Of a DNA stretch of 64,000 nucleotides, positions 35,762-47,683 are shown piece after piece. A program made the position numbers and the translations under genes. The notes beneath the pieces are model-generated. The model ran no database searches. It was not told where the DNA came from and saw nothing but the letters and a program-made list of their open reading frames with translations. Within the stretch, counting starts at the first letter, position 1. Each line of letters begins with the position of its first letter. Source of the stretch: Planktothrix sp. GU0601_MAG3 (lineage in GTDB: Bacteria > Cyanobacteriota > Cyanobacteriia > Cyanobacteriales > Microcoleaceae). The stretch is from the NCBI GenBank assembly GCA_035193785.1, contig CP136572.1:2420578-2484577 (forward strand). Direction: 5' to 3'.

Positions 35762-35941
35762 AAAATCCCCAATGATAGTCTATTGACAATATTAGCCCAA
35801 TTTGGAAAAACTGTCAATTTATGAGGTGGAAAAATCTTAGATCCGGGATTAATAATCAAGGGATAAATGCTATTATTTTTGAGGTATCCTTAATTACATA
35901 TCGATACTTTTAAATAAATGAATTAAATAGGAGGAAAACCA

Positions 35942-36418
35942 ATGACTGAGTTAATTAAGGCAATTCAAACGGGAAAAATAGATCAAGTTAAAACGGCTTT
36001 AAGTCAAAACCCAGATATTAATGCTCAAAATGATCAGGGAAATACGGGATTAATTACAGCGATTACTTTAGGCGAAAAGGAGATGGTAAAATTCTTACTA
36101 GAGGCGGGGGCAGATGTTAATTTTTCTGATAATGATAATTGGACTCCCTTGATGGAAGCCGCGGCAAGTGGTTGCTTAGAAATCGTGCAGTTATTATTAG
36201 ATAACGGGGCGGATATTCAGGCTCAAACTAATTTTGGGTTGACGGCGTTAATGAGTGCGGCTGGAAGCGGACATAAACAAATTGTGGAGTTATTATTAAA
36301 GAGTGGCGCAGATTTAACTACAAAAGATCAGAATAGTTGGACGGCTTTAATTTGGGCATCTTCGGAGCAACATACGGAGGTTGTGGAATTAATAAAACAA
36401 TATCGAAATCGTGATTAA
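35942..36418 (+). CDS. Ankyrin repeat protein
   Basis: Four G.T.L..A...G..E.V..LL..GAD repeats; AGGAGG Shine-Dalgarno upstream. Confidence 0.9.
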   Translation: MTELIKAIQTGKIDQVKTALSQNPDINAQNDQGNTGLITAITLGEKEMVKFLLEAGADVNFSDNDNWTPLMEAAASGCLEIVQLLLDNGADIQAQTNFGLTALMSAAGSGHKQIVELLLKSGADLTTKDQNSWTALIWASSEQHTEVVELIKQYRNRD

Positions 36419-36585
36419 AAATCTGGGGGAACAGGGAATAGGGAACACCGGATCTGGGTAGAGGATTTGTAATTAATTTTGTTTAGGTACTTAGAACTCG
36501 GAAGGTGGGGAAAATGCGATCGCTATTTTCTGTAAAATGAATTTTGTCAGTATTTACCCTAATGTGGAATAATCATAAATTAATC

Positions 36586-37395
36586 ATGCACGACTTCATA
36601 CCTCCGAAACGGTTTTTTCCCTATTTAACCTGGAGAGAAATTGCCTCAATGCCAGATAAAAGTAGTGTGGTTATTTTACAACCGATTGGCTCCATTGAAC
36701 AACACGGCCCCCATTTACCCTTAATTGTTGATGCTGCGATCGCAACGGCCGTAACAGGTCACGCCTTAGCCCAACTTAATGATAATATTCCTGCCTACGC
36801 TTTACCCACAATTTATTATGGAAAATCCAATGAACATTGGCATTTCCCGGGAACAATAACCCTGAGTTCCCAAACCTTAACGGCGGTATTAATGGAGTTA
36901 GGAGCAAGTCTTTATCGGGCTGGATTTAGAAAATTAGCCTTTATTAATGGTCACGGCGGACAACCCCAAATTTTAGAACTGGTGGCGCGGGACTTACATC
37001 AAAACTATGAAGATTTTTCCGTCTTTCCCCTGTTTGTTTGGCGAGTTCCCAATCTAGCTTCGGAATTATTAACCCCGAAGGAATTAGAGTTAGGAATTCA
37101 CGCCGGAGATGCCGAAACCAGTTTAATGTTATCCTTACTGCCAGAACAGGTAAAAATGGAACAAGCGGTTTGTGAATATCCCCATAATTTACCCGAAAAT
37201 AGTTTATTAAGTATGGAAGGAAACCTACCCTTTGCTTGGGTAACAAAAGATCTAAGCAAAAGTGGGGTTTTAGGGGATGCAACGGTGGCGACAAAAGAAA
37301 AAGGCGATCAGATTTTAGCCTCTTTAGTGAATAGTTGGGTGCAAGTAATTGAGGATTTATATAAATTTCAACAACCCCAAAGATTTAGGGATTAA
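36586..37395 (+). CDS. Creatininase family amidohydrolase
   Basis: GSIEQHGPHLPL..D, S.EH..FPGT, NGHGG, HAG.AETS. Confidence 0.9.
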   Translation: MHDFIPPKRFFPYLTWREIASMPDKSSVVILQPIGSIEQHGPHLPLIVDAAIATAVTGHALAQLNDNIPAYALPTIYYGKSNEHWHFPGTITLSSQTLTAVLMELGASLYRAGFRKLAFINGHGGQPQILELVARDLHQNYEDFSVFPLFVWRVPNLASELLTPKELELGIHAGDAETSLMLSLLPEQVKMEQAVCEYPHNLPENSLLSMEGNLPFAWVTKDLSKSGVLGDATVATKEKGDQILASLVNSWVQVIEDLYKFQQPQRFRD

Positions 37396-37531
37396 TTAAA
37401 TATTAAAGCACCGCCAGATTTCCGGCTCCCTAGTTTCTTCCATTTGGTGTCAACTGTCATAACTTATGGCAGAATGTTTTTAACTAAGATAGCTAGAGCC
37501 CTGAAGGGCTTACTACATCAATAATAGAATT

Positions 37532-38279
37532 ATGATGAATTCATCCTTACAACGAGCATTCGACCAAGGCAACGCCCTGAAAGTAATTAGCGGTTTAACC
37601 AATTTCAACGCTGGGCGGGTCGCTTCCGTCGTCAAAGCTGCAACTAAAGGCGGCGCAACCTTTGTGGATATTGCCGCCGACCCTAACCTAGTGCAGATTG
37701 TCCGAGAATTAACCCATCTCCCCATCTGTGTTTCTGCGGTTGAACCGGAATTATTTGTGACCTGCGTAGCAGCGGGTGCAGACCTAATTGAAATTGGCAA
37801 CTTCGACGCCTTCTATACCCAAGGACGGCGGTTTGAAGCGGCGGAAGTGTTGCAACTAACCCACGAAACCCGCGCCTTACTGCCCCATATTACCCTATCC
37901 GTCACCGTTCCCCATATCCTGGAACTCGACCAACAAGTCGAACTCGCCCTGGAACTCGTCAAAGCGGGTGCAGATATCATCCAAACCGAAGGCGGAACCA
38001 GTTCCTCCCCCGTCCATGGCGGGACATTGGGACTAATTGAAAAAGCCGCCCCCACCCTAGCCGCCGCCTGGGAAATTTCTCGCGCCGTGTCCGTCCCCGT
38101 ATTGTGCGCTTCGGGTATTTCTAATATTACCGCTCCCATGGCGATAGCCGCCGGAGCCGCCGGGGTGGGCGTGGGTTTCAGCCATTAACCGCCTCGACAA
38201 CGAAGTCGCGATGGTGGCGGTGGTTCGGAGTTTAGTGGAATCCTTGGCCACGGTGAAGGCGAACCGAGTTTACGCCTAA
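37532..38279 (+). CDS. ycf23: Ycf23/DUF561 family protein; +1 indel at 38175-38179
   Basis: LKVISGL.NF, IEIGNFD.FY, IQTEGG; the repaired frame reads GVGVGSAINRLD to TAA at 38279. Confidence 0.85.
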
Positions 38280-38345
38280 TTTTGAGCCATTATCGGGTGT
38301 AGGGACGGGCTATAGCACGTCTCTACGGAATTTATCTCTAAAAAC

Positions 38346-38996
38346 CTATGAATAAGTTATAAACCAGGCTAAATAATCTTCTATCAAATTATAGTTGGGG
38401 GAATCTTCGTCTGATACTTCTAATTCCACTAAAGGTAGGGTAAATTGTCGATTATCGCTGGCCCGTTTAACGTCCACCATAATCCCATTTGTCTCATCAA
38501 ATTTAGGCTGAAAATCTTCTAATATAAAAACATCGGTGTAGGAGGGATTTGTTTTTTTTAGTTCTTCATATTCTTTGATTTTTCCTGAGCCGTAAAGATA
38601 TTCTTCCTCCCATAAAAATTCCTCTGACCCCCCTAAATAACAGGGTAATTCAAGATTTTCTTTCAAATACTTAAAATATTTATTTAAAGTTTTTTTATTA
38701 ACCTTGATTCGGCTATTTCCTAAAATCTTCTTAACTTTTTCTTCAAATTCTTCAACATCAAATGTTTCATCCTCATCGTCATCTTCAGTATCAAAGAAAT
38801 TTTTATTAATTAACCCCAATGACTCCATTTGTTCAATCATACTTTTCAGGATCATCCTGGGGTCATTAGAATTCAGGCTATTTCTTCGCTTATTCAATAA
38901 ACCCGACACAATGGTTTCATCAATTTGAATCGGTTTCAAATCATCTCCGGGGGGCTGTAATTTTTTTTTGTTTTTGTTTTGATATAATTTAGACAT
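38346..38996 (-). CDS. Acidic AT-rich hypothetical protein (calcium-binding-protein family-like)
   Basis: YLKENLELPC...F.WEE.Y..G...EYE.LKKT.PSY.D pattern; family assignment from memory. Confidence 0.55.
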   Translation of the reverse strand: MSKLYQNKNKKKLQPPGDDLKPIQIDETIVSGLLNKRRNSLNSNDPRMILKSMIEQMESLGLINKNFFDTEDDDEDETFDVEEFEEKVKKILGNSRIKVNKKTLNKYFKYLKENLELPCYLGGSEEFLWEEEYLYGSGKIKEYEELKKTNPSYTDVFILEDFQPKFDETNGIMVDVKRASDNRQFTLPLVELEVSDEDSPNYNLIEDYLAWFITYS

Positions 38997-39195
38997 TCCG
39001 TTACACCAAGCACAGTGGTTATTCGTCTCAACCCTAGTTAATTTTAATTAATCTGGTTTAAGGTTTATAGTTATAGAGACGTGATTGGTTTACACCTCTA
39101 TCTACTTTCCGCCTTCAGATTTTTCTATAGGAAAGGGAGTAGAATTTAGTATATCGTGCTACAGGTATTTTTGATATTCTCAAGGGGAGAAAATT

Positions 39196-39853
39196 ATGGT
39201 ACAAACACAACAGGACTCTATACCCGTTATTTACCAAGGACAGTTCGGCAATTATACAATTAATGATCGCGATCGCCAAGGTGTGATCATTTACCGTATC
39301 GGCCTAATCATAGCAGCCCTGTGCTTCACCCTGGCCACGGGATTAGTTTTATTCCAACTCAATACCCAGGGGGTTTCTACTCGCATTAACCCCCATCTAC
39401 TTCTGTTTTTGGTTGGCTTTGGGGGTGAGTTTATTTACCATTCATATTTATTTAGTTCAGTTACACCAACTGCTACAACTGTTTTGGTTAATTGGTGGAA
39501 TTGCTTCGGTGGTGTTTGCTGTGGTTGACCCAGAACCTTTAGCATTAACCATTTATCACAATCCTTATAGCTTATTTGGGGTAGGATTTACCTTTGTAGC
39601 CTTAACAGGAATTTATTTTAAAGAAGCCTTCTGTTTTAATCGCATGGAAACTAAACTCGTAACTCCCTTAGTTCCGATTTTTTTATTAGGATTTATGGCT
39701 GGTTTTTGGTCGGTTGATGCTCAAAAAATTTTACTAGCATTTTGGGCGATTCAATTTATCATTTTTGCAGGTCGAAAAATATTCCAAGGAATTCCAGGAG
39801 ATATCGGGGATAAAAGCGTTTTTGATTATTTAAAACGTCAACAGTTCGCCTAA
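39196..39853 (+). CDS. DUF2301 membrane protein; +1 indel at 39373-39377
   Basis: YQGQFG.YTI...DR..V..YR, GVSL..IHIY, FKEAFCF.R.E, DIGDKSVF.YL. Confidence 0.8.
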
Positions 39854-39869
39854 TACAAAAATTGTTTAT

Positions 39870-39976
39870 CCCCCTAAACCCCTTAAAAAAGGGGGGAAAA
39901 GACTTCAAATCTACCATTTTTAATGGGTACAACAAAACTTCAAAGTCACCCTTTTTAATAGGGATTTAGGGGGATT
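39870..39976. repeat. Cyanobacterial dispersed palindromic repeat between convergent genes
   Basis: CCCCCTAAACCCCTTAAAAAAGGGGGG ... CCCTTTTTAATAGGGATTTAGGGGG inverted arrangement. Confidence 0.6.
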
Positions 39977-39991
39977 AGATCTGGGCTTTAA

Positions 39992-41320
39992 TTAAAAGTT
40001 ATCAAAAATAAGCGGATCTAATTCTGAATAATCGGGTAATTTTTCTTCTAATATTTTACCATTTCTAATCACAATCCGGTCGCTTTGACACCGAGATAAT
40101 ATTTCACTCAAATAACGTCCTTGAAAAATTATAAAATCCGCCGCCATTCCCACACCAATGCTTCCCAAATCGGGTAAACCCATAAAATCCCCTGGGGTTT
40201 TGGTAACACTCGATAACCAATCTTGAAACGGTCGATCTAAATGACAAATTCTCACCGCCATTTTAAAGATTTCTAACCCATCATGGTCGCCAAAGCCATA
40301 AAATGGATCACGACAATTATCACTAGCAAAAGCTACGGAAATCCCCGCTTGTTTTAATTCATGGACTAGGGTTGTTCCCCGCCATCGGGGGGTTTTAGGA
40401 GATTGGGATTGATCATATTGACGATCTTGTAAATAGAGATTACACATCGGTAAACTGACAATTCCAATATTCGCGGCTTTCACCAATTCTAGGGTTTTTT
40501 GAATAATATCCTGCGGTTGTACGGCTAAACTACAACAATGTCCACAAATAATTTTTCCCTCAAATTGAGATTTTAACGCAGCTTCCGCAATTTTATATAA
40601 ACAAATTGATTCCGCTTCTCCATTTTCATCAACATGGAAATCTAGGTTCAAATTCCGATCTTTAGCAATAGCAAAAATTCGCTCAAGTTGTTGTTCTAAA
40701 TCAGGATTAATATAGGCAACTCCGCCTAAAATTCCGCCTGAATCTGCAACTTTATTAACTAATTTTTCCCCTTCTACCGTTAAATAATAGTCTAAAGTGG
40801 CTAAGGAAACTCCTTGCAAAATTAAGCGATCTTCCCATTCCTTTTTTAATGTATTAAAAACATCCCAATTTATATCCATCAATCTTCCCGCCGAATCTAA
40901 ATGGGTTCTAATAGCTTTGGTTCCATGGACATAACTACACTTTAAACCAAATTCCATCCGTCGGTAAATATCTTCGGTAGTCCAGGTTTTTTCATCTTTA
41001 AATATTGCTAATAACGCATCTTCAAAGGTTCCTGTTTTATTGGGCGATCGCTCCCAAATATGACCCTTATCTAAATGAGTATGAACATCGACAAAACAGG
41101 GCCAAATTTGTTTCCCATGTAAGTCCACCGTGGGGATATTTTCTAACTCAACATATCCAGCAATAGCAATTTGACTAATGATTCCCGAGGTAATTTTAAT
41201 ATCAACTAAAGCCATACCATCCGTATTTGCTGAAGTTGCGATCGCCCCATCGCCACCACGGAGCACACAAACCGGGACACGAACATTTTTCAGCCAGTAA
41301 CAAGAAGTATTTGGAATCAT
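39992..41320 (-). CDS. codA: Cytosine deaminase-like metal-dependent amidohydrolase
   Basis: DVHTHLDKGH, AIRTH.D, DFHVDE, GHCCSL, SDN.RDPF. Confidence 0.85.
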   Translation of the reverse strand: MIPNTSCYWLKNVRVPVCVLRGGDGAIATSANTDGMALVDIKITSGIISQIAIAGYVELENIPTVDLHGKQIWPCFVDVHTHLDKGHIWERSPNKTGTFEDALLAIFKDEKTWTTEDIYRRMEFGLKCSYVHGTKAIRTHLDSAGRLMDINWDVFNTLKKEWEDRLILQGVSLATLDYYLTVEGEKLVNKVADSGGILGGVAYINPDLEQQLERIFAIAKDRNLNLDFHVDENGEAESICLYKIAEAALKSQFEGKIICGHCCSLAVQPQDIIQKTLELVKAANIGIVSLPMCNLYLQDRQYDQSQSPKTPRWRGTTLVHELKQAGISVAFASDNCRDPFYGFGDHDGLEIFKMAVRICHLDRPFQDWLSSVTKTPGDFMGLPDLGSIGVGMAADFIIFQGRYLSEILSRCQSDRIVIRNGKILEEKLPDYSELDPLIFDNF

Positions 41321-41413
41321 AATCCTAGCAATTAGAAAATCTTTGTCTCTCTGATGGCCAAATGAACCCTAACCATTCGCCCAAACCTAAAAATAATCTA
41401 ACAGTTTCAGGTT

Positions 41414-41428
41414 ATGCAAAAAATGTAT
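41414..41428 (+). promoter_or_regulatory. Putative NtcB (LysR) binding site
   Basis: ATGC-N7-GTAT, one mismatch to ATGC-N7-GCAT, centred ~50 bp upstream of the NtcA box centre. Confidence 0.6.
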
Positions 41429-41465
41429 GGTGTCAATGCTTAATTCTCATTAAGTTTAAAGTTTT

Positions 41466-41507
41466 GTAACATTAGCTACGATTACATAGGGTATAGGGGT
41501 CTAACTT
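41466..41507 (+). promoter_or_regulatory. NtcA-activated promoter of the nir operon
   Basis: GTA-ACATTAGC-TAC (41466-41479), then exactly 22 nt, then TAACTT (TA-N3-T -10 box, 41502-41507). Confidence 0.88.
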
Positions 41508-41701
41508 ATTCACATTGCTTAACCTTTGGGTTAAGGTCAGGAGCCTCCAAGTTCAAAGAAAAGAGGTCAACACTCCAATTTTAGATTTGAGTCTTCCATG
41601 ATACGGTTTGTGTTCTGCAAACCTGTTAATGTTTGGCCAAATTTGATCTATTTGTCATTCACCCGACAAATTCGAGACATAGCAACACCGAGGAATTCGC
41701 T

Positions 41702-43238
41702 ATGACCAGCACAGTCCCACAGAAAACAGCCACAAACAAATTTGAAAAATTCAAAGCCGAAAAAGATGGTTTAGCGGTTAAAGACGAACTAGAAACCTTC
41801 GCCCAACTCGGTTGGGAAACCATGGACGAAACCGACCGAGACCACCGCCTCAAATGGCTAGGGGTGTTTTTCCGTCCGGCGACTCCAGGTAAATTTATGA
41901 TGCGCCTGCGTTTACCCAATGGGGTGATCACCAGTGAGCAGATGCGGGTTTTGGGGGAAATTGTGCAACGCTACGGTGATGACGGTAGTGCTGATATTAC
42001 CACAAGACAAAACCTTCAGTTAAGAGGAATTCGGATTGAGGATCTCAGTGATATTTTTCGGCGCTTTGAAAAGGTGGGACTCACCAGCATTCAGTCGGGA
42101 ATGGATAATGTCCGTAATATCACGGGTTTCCCCCGTTGCGGGGTTAGATGCCGATGAACTCTATGATACCCGAGAATTGATACAACAGGTTCAAGACATG
42201 ATTACCAACGAGGGAAAAGGGAATCCCGAGTTTAGTAATTTACCGCGAAAATTTAACATTGCGATCGGTGGATGTCGGGATAATTCGATTCATGCTGAAA
42301 TCAATGATATTGCTTTTATTCCCGCATTTAAAGAGGAAACTTTTGGCTTCAATGTGTTAGTTGGAGGATTCTTTTCCGCCACCCGTTGTGAAGCTGCTAT
42401 TCCCTTGAATGTTTGGGCAAAACCCGAGCAAGTTGTCGATCTTTGTCGAGGAATTTTAGAAGTCTTTCGAGACCATGGGCCCCGGGGAGTTCGCCAAAAA
42501 ACTCGGTTAATGTGGTTAATTGATGAATGGGGCATTGAAAAGTTTCGTTCTGAAGTCGAAAAACAAATCGGTTATGCTTTAGAATCTGAAGCGGAAAAAG
42601 ACGAAATTCTCTGGGAAAAACGGGATCATTTGGGGATTTATAAACAAAAACAACCCGGATTAAACTATGTGGGATTAAATATTCCCGTTGGCCGGTTATC
42701 GGCTAACGAAATGTTGGAATTATCCCGGATTGCTGAGGTTTATGGGAGCGGAGAAATTCGCTTAACCGTTGAACAAAATGTGATTATTCCCAATGTTTCC
42801 GATAGTCGGTTAGAGGCGTTTTTAACCGAACCGATTTTGGAAAAATTCTCCGTTAATCCATCGGCCTTAAGTCGAGGATTAGTTTCTTGTACGGGCGCAC
42901 AATTCTGTAACTTTGCTTTAGTAGAAACCAAACATCGGGCTGTAGCATTAGTTAAGGAATTAGAGTCGGAATTAACCATCGAAAAACCCGTAAGAATTCA
43001 CTGGACAGGTTGCCCCAACTCCTGCGGACAACCCCAAGTTGCCGATATTGGATTAATGGGAACCAAGGCCCGGAAAGAGGGCAAAACCCTTGAGGGAGTC
43101 AACCTCTATATGGGCGGAAAAGTCGGTAAGGATGCCAAACTGGGTGAATGTGTGCAAAAATCCATTCCCTGTGAGGATCTCAAACCCGTTTTGCGACAAA
43201 TTTTGGTGGAACAATTTGGCGCCAGAGTCAAAGAATAA
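41702..43238 (+). CDS. nirA: Ferredoxin-nitrite reductase; +1 indel at 42126-42130
   Basis: FMMRLRLPNG, TTRQN.Q.RG, LPRKFN, CTG.QFC and TGCPNSCG siroheme/4Fe-4S motifs. Confidence 0.95.
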
Positions 43239-43292
43239 TTCATCTCAAAATCCACATCAACACCCTACTGATACAGAACCCAAACATAGAAT

Positions 43293-44622
43293 ATGAGCAA
43301 ACTTTCACGACGGAAATTCCTGTTAACGGCTGGTGCAACGGCGGCTGGAACTCTAATCATCCATGGTTGTACTTCTAATAACAGTCCTTCCCAAACCCCC
43401 ACAACTCCATCTACTACAGCCCCGACCGTCAATATTAATCCAGCCGATGCCCCAGAAATACCCACAGCAACTTTAGGATTTATTGCCTTAACGGATGCTG
43501 CACCCTTAATTATTGCCCTGGAAAAAGGTCTATTTGCTAAGTATGGGATGTCCGACGTTAAGGTGCTTAAACAAGCCTCTTGGCCTGTTACTAGGGATAA
43601 CCTAGAATTAGGGTCAGGTGGAGGCGGCATTGATGGGGCACATATTTTATCCCCCATGCCCTATTTAATGACATTAGGAACGATTACTAAACAACCCGTT
43701 CCGATGTATCTTTTAGCCCGATTAAATACCAATGGTCAGGCGATTTCTTTAAGTAAAGACTATCTGGATGCTAAAATTACCGTTAACGATAGTGCCAAAT
43801 TTAAAGATATTTTATTCGCCGCTAAAAATGCCGGAAAAGAAGTCAAAGCCGCGATTACATTCCCTGGGGGAACTCACGATTTATGGACGCGCTATTGGTT
43901 AGCCGCCGGGGGCACAGTTCCTGATACTGATATTTCAATTGTTTCCGGTGCCACCCCCCCAAATGGTTGCGAACATGAAAGTTGGAAACATGGAAGCTTT
44001 CTGTGTGGGTGAACCGTGGAATGCCCAATTAGTTAATCAAAAAGCCGGATATACGGCCTTAATTACCGGGGAATTATGGAAAGATCACCCGGAAAAAGCC
44101 TTTACCATGCGAGCAGATTGGGTAGATAAAAACCCCAAAGCAGCAAAAGCTTTAACCATGGCTGTATTAGAAGCCCAACAATGGTGTGATAAACCGGAAA
44201 ATATTGAAGAAATGTGTAAAATTGTTTCCCAAGATAAATGGTTTAAAGTGCCTTTTGCAGATATTATTGAGCGCTCCAGAGGAAATATTGATTTTGGTGA
44301 TGGTCGGGTAATCACCGCCAGTCCCGTCGCCATGAAATTCTGGAGGGATAATGCCTCCTATCCCTATAAGAGCCATGATACTTGGTTCTTAACCGAAGAT
44401 ATTCGGTGGGGATATTTACCACCCGATTTAGATATTAAAGCCACCGTTGATAAGGTCAACCGTGAAGATTTATGGCGAGAAGCAGCAAAGTCTTTAAATG
44501 TTCCCGCAGCCGAAATTCCTGCTACTCCCTCTCGCGGGATTGAAACCTTCTTTGATGGGGTACAATTTAACCCCGACGATCCGAAAGCCTATCTCAATAG
44601 TTTAGCAATCAAAAAAGTCTAA
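43293..44622 (+). CDS. nrtA: Nitrate/nitrite ABC transporter substrate-binding lipoprotein; +1 indel at 43941-43945
   Basis: SRRKFL Tat-like signal with lipobox IHGC, LGFIALTD.APL, TFPGGTHD, FCVGEPWN; operon position. Confidence 0.92.
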
Positions 44623-44757
44623 TTCCTTCATAATTGCTTTAGGGGCGGGTTCTTCCAGAGCCAATAATTCCGATCTATTCTCTATAGACTCGCCCCGCTT
44701 GAAAATTACTCCCCAGTTGGGGGCTTCAGGAAGAAAACTAACTCAGTTATAATCATC

Positions 44758-45598
44758 ATGACTACTAGCGCTAAGGCCAATTCTGATAGTAATAATCCTC
44801 TGAATTCTTTTTTTAATTGGTTTAATAATAATCGAAATAAAGTGATCCGTCCTTTGATTGGAGTCTTTATTTTTCTGGCTATTTGGCAACTGTTATGTTC
44901 AGGAGAAAATCCTAATTTACCATCTCCCATTACCACCGTTAAAGAATCTTGGGAATTAATTATTAACCCATTTTTTGATAATGGCGGTACTGATAAAGGG
45001 TTGGGTTGGCAGGTCATGGCTAGTTTACAAAGGGTGGCTGTAGGATTTAGCTTATCCGTGGTTGTGGGAATTTCCCTAGGGATTTTAGTGGGGAGTAATA
45101 CCTTTATGTATGATGCCTTAGATCCCCTATTTCAAATTCTCAGAACAATTCCGCCCCTCGCTTGGTTACCCATCGCCCTAGCCGCTTTACAACAATCCAA
45201 TCCTGCGGCTATTTTCGTCATCTTTATTACAGCAATTTGGCCGATTATTATTAATACCACCGTCGGGGTACAACAAATTCCCCAAGACTATAAAAACGTG
45301 GCTAGAGTGTTACGTTTACCCAGAAATAAATACTTCTTTAAAGTGTTATTTCCCTCCGCAGTTTCCCTATATTTTTACCGGATTAAGAATTGGGATCGGT
45401 CTATCTTGGTTAGCGATTATTGCGGCGGAAATGTTAGTGGGTGGAGTCGGGATTGGCTTCTTTATTTGGGATGCCTATAATAGCTCTCGAATGAGTGCGA
45501 TTATCGTGGCCTTAATTTATGTTGGAGTCGTTGGTTTAATCCTAGATAGAGCCATTGGTTTTATTGCTTCTAAAGTGGTTCCCGCCGAGCAAAAATAA
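44758..45598 (+). CDS. nrtB: Nitrate ABC transporter permease; +1 indel at 45361-45365
   Basis: LRTIPPLAWLPI; the repaired frame reads AVPYIFTGLRIGIGLSWLAIIAAEM to TAA at 45598. Confidence 0.92.
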
Positions 45599-45642
45599 AC
45601 CCAAAATGATTAACGTTCACCCTTAATTTCTCATATTTAATT

Positions 45643-47646
45643 ATGTCTGTATTTGTACAAGTTGACCACGTTCATCGCGTTTTTAATCTCCCCAATGGAG
45701 AACGATATGTAGCCCTGAAAAATATTGAACTCAAAATTAATAAGGGGGAATTTATTACCCTTCTTGGACACTCGGGTTGTGGAAAATCCACCCTCTTAAA
45801 TATTATCGCTGGGTTAGATCAAGCCTCCCAAGGAGGGATTATTTTAGAAGGGCGAGAAGTTCGAGAACCCGGGCCAGATCGGATGGTGGTATTTCAAAAT
45901 TATTCCCTATTACCTTGGTTAACTGTTAGAGAAAATATCGCCTTAGCCGTTGATGAAGTCTATCGTAAACTGCCTAAAACCGAACGAAAAGAAATTGTTG
46001 AAAAACACATTAAATTAGTCGGTTTAAGACTGGCTGCGGATAAACGACCGGGGGAAATTTCGGGGGGGATGAAACAGCGAGTTGCGATCGCCCGTGCCCT
46101 GTCCATTCGGCCCCAATTATTACTCCTAGATGAACCCTTTGGTGCTTTAGATGCTTTAACTAGAGGGGGGTTACAGGAGCAGTTAATGAAAATCTGCGAA
46201 GCTAACCAAGTCAGCGCCGTCATGGTAACCCACGATGTCGATGAAGCCCTATTATTATCCGATCGGATTGTGATGTTAACCAACGGCCCAGAAGCTCACA
46301 TTGGGCAAATTTTAGAGGTGAATATTCCCCGTCCCCGTCAACGGATGGAAGTGGTAAATCATCCCAGCTATTATGCCCTGCGGAATGAAATTGTTTATTT
46401 TCTCAACCAACAGAAAAAAGCCAAAAAAACAGCTACCAAAAAATTACCTCTGGTGGTGGCAAAAAATGGCTTAGAAAAAGTCAATTTAGATCTGGGTTTT
46501 ATTCCCTTAACAGACTGCGCTCCCCTAATTATTGCTAAAGAAAAAGGGATCTTTGAGGAATATGGATTAAGCGAAGTTACCCTCAGTCGAGAAACCAGTT
46601 GGAAACTATTGGGTCAGGGGGTAATTGAAGGCCGTTTAGACGCAGCACAAATGGTGGCAGCAATGCCTATAGCCATGACCTTGGGCTTTGGGAAAAACCC
46701 ACCGATGCCCATGGTAACGGCCATGACCCTATCTCGAAATGGTAATGGGATTACCCTGAGTAAGAAATTGTATGAAAATGGGGTTAAAACCTTAGAAGAT
46801 TTTAAAATTTATATCGAAAATCACCTTGACAAAGTGCATACATTAGGGATGGTTCACCCCAGTTCTATGCACAATTTAATGTTGCGTTACTGGTTGGCAG
46901 CCGGAAATATTAACCCCGATCAGGATGTGAATTTAACGGTGATTCCACCCCCCCAAATGCAGGCTAATTTAAAAGCGGGAAATATTGATGGCTATTGTGT
47001 AGGGGGGCCTTGGAATGCCCGGTCTGTCTATGAGGGGCTAGGATTTGTTATTGCTAATAGTTTTGATATTTTCCCCAATGGACATACGGAGAAAGTTTTA
47101 GGCGTAACTGAAGCCTGGGCAAATCGCTATCCCAAAACCCATGTTGCCCTGGTAAAATCATTAATTGATGCCTGTGATTATTGCGATGATCGACGAAATC
47201 GAGAAGAAATTTTAGAAATATTATGTCGGGATGAATATGTCGGATCGGCTCCCGAATATACCCGCTTAGGATTCATTGATCCCGTTGACCGGGGCGATGG
47301 TCAACCACCACAATTATTAGTGAATTACAATCAGTTTCATGTGGATAAAAGCAATTGCCCTGATGCTACAGAATTTATCTGGATGATGGCAGAAATGGCC
47401 CGATGGGGAATTACACCCTTCCCTAAAAATTGGGTTTCTGTTGTCGAAAGGGTATTAAGAACTGATGTTTATGGTGAAGCAGCCCGGGAATTAGGATTAT
47501 CGGAGACAGGACGCGATCGCCAAAGCATTAAGCTATTTGACGGTACTATTTTTAATCCTCACGATCCGATTAAATATCTCAAAAATCTCAAGATTAAACA
47601 GGAAATTCGGATTGAGGAAATTATCCTAGATCCCATAGCGGCCTAG
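45643..47646 (+). CDS. nrtC: Nitrate ABC transporter ATP-binding subunit with C-terminal NrtA-like domain
   Basis: GHSGCGKST, ISGGMKQR, followed by the LGFIPLTDCAPL domain; 667 aa. Confidence 0.95.
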   Translation: MSVFVQVDHVHRVFNLPNGERYVALKNIELKINKGEFITLLGHSGCGKSTLLNIIAGLDQASQGGIILEGREVREPGPDRMVVFQNYSLLPWLTVRENIALAVDEVYRKLPKTERKEIVEKHIKLVGLRLAADKRPGEISGGMKQRVAIARALSIRPQLLLLDEPFGALDALTRGGLQEQLMKICEANQVSAVMVTHDVDEALLLSDRIVMLTNGPEAHIGQILEVNIPRPRQRMEVVNHPSYYALRNEIVYFLNQQKKAKKTATKKLPLVVAKNGLEKVNLDLGFIPLTDCAPLIIAKEKGIFEEYGLSEVTLSRETSWKLLGQGVIEGRLDAAQMVAAMPIAMTLGFGKNPPMPMVTAMTLSRNGNGITLSKKLYENGVKTLEDFKIYIENHLDKVHTLGMVHPSSMHNLMLRYWLAAGNINPDQDVNLTVIPPPQMQANLKAGNIDGYCVGGPWNARSVYEGLGFVIANSFDIFPNGHTEKVLGVTEAWANRYPKTHVALVKSLIDACDYCDDRRNREEILEILCRDEYVGSAPEYTRLGFIDPVDRGDGQPPQLLVNYNQFHVDKSNCPDATEFIWMMAEMARWGITPFPKNWVSVVERVLRTDVYGEAARELGLSETGRDRQSIKLFDGTIFNPHDPIKYLKNLKIKQEIRIEEIILDPIAA

Positions 47647-47683
47647 CAATTGAATCGTCAACCGTTGTTTAGTCTAAAAAATT

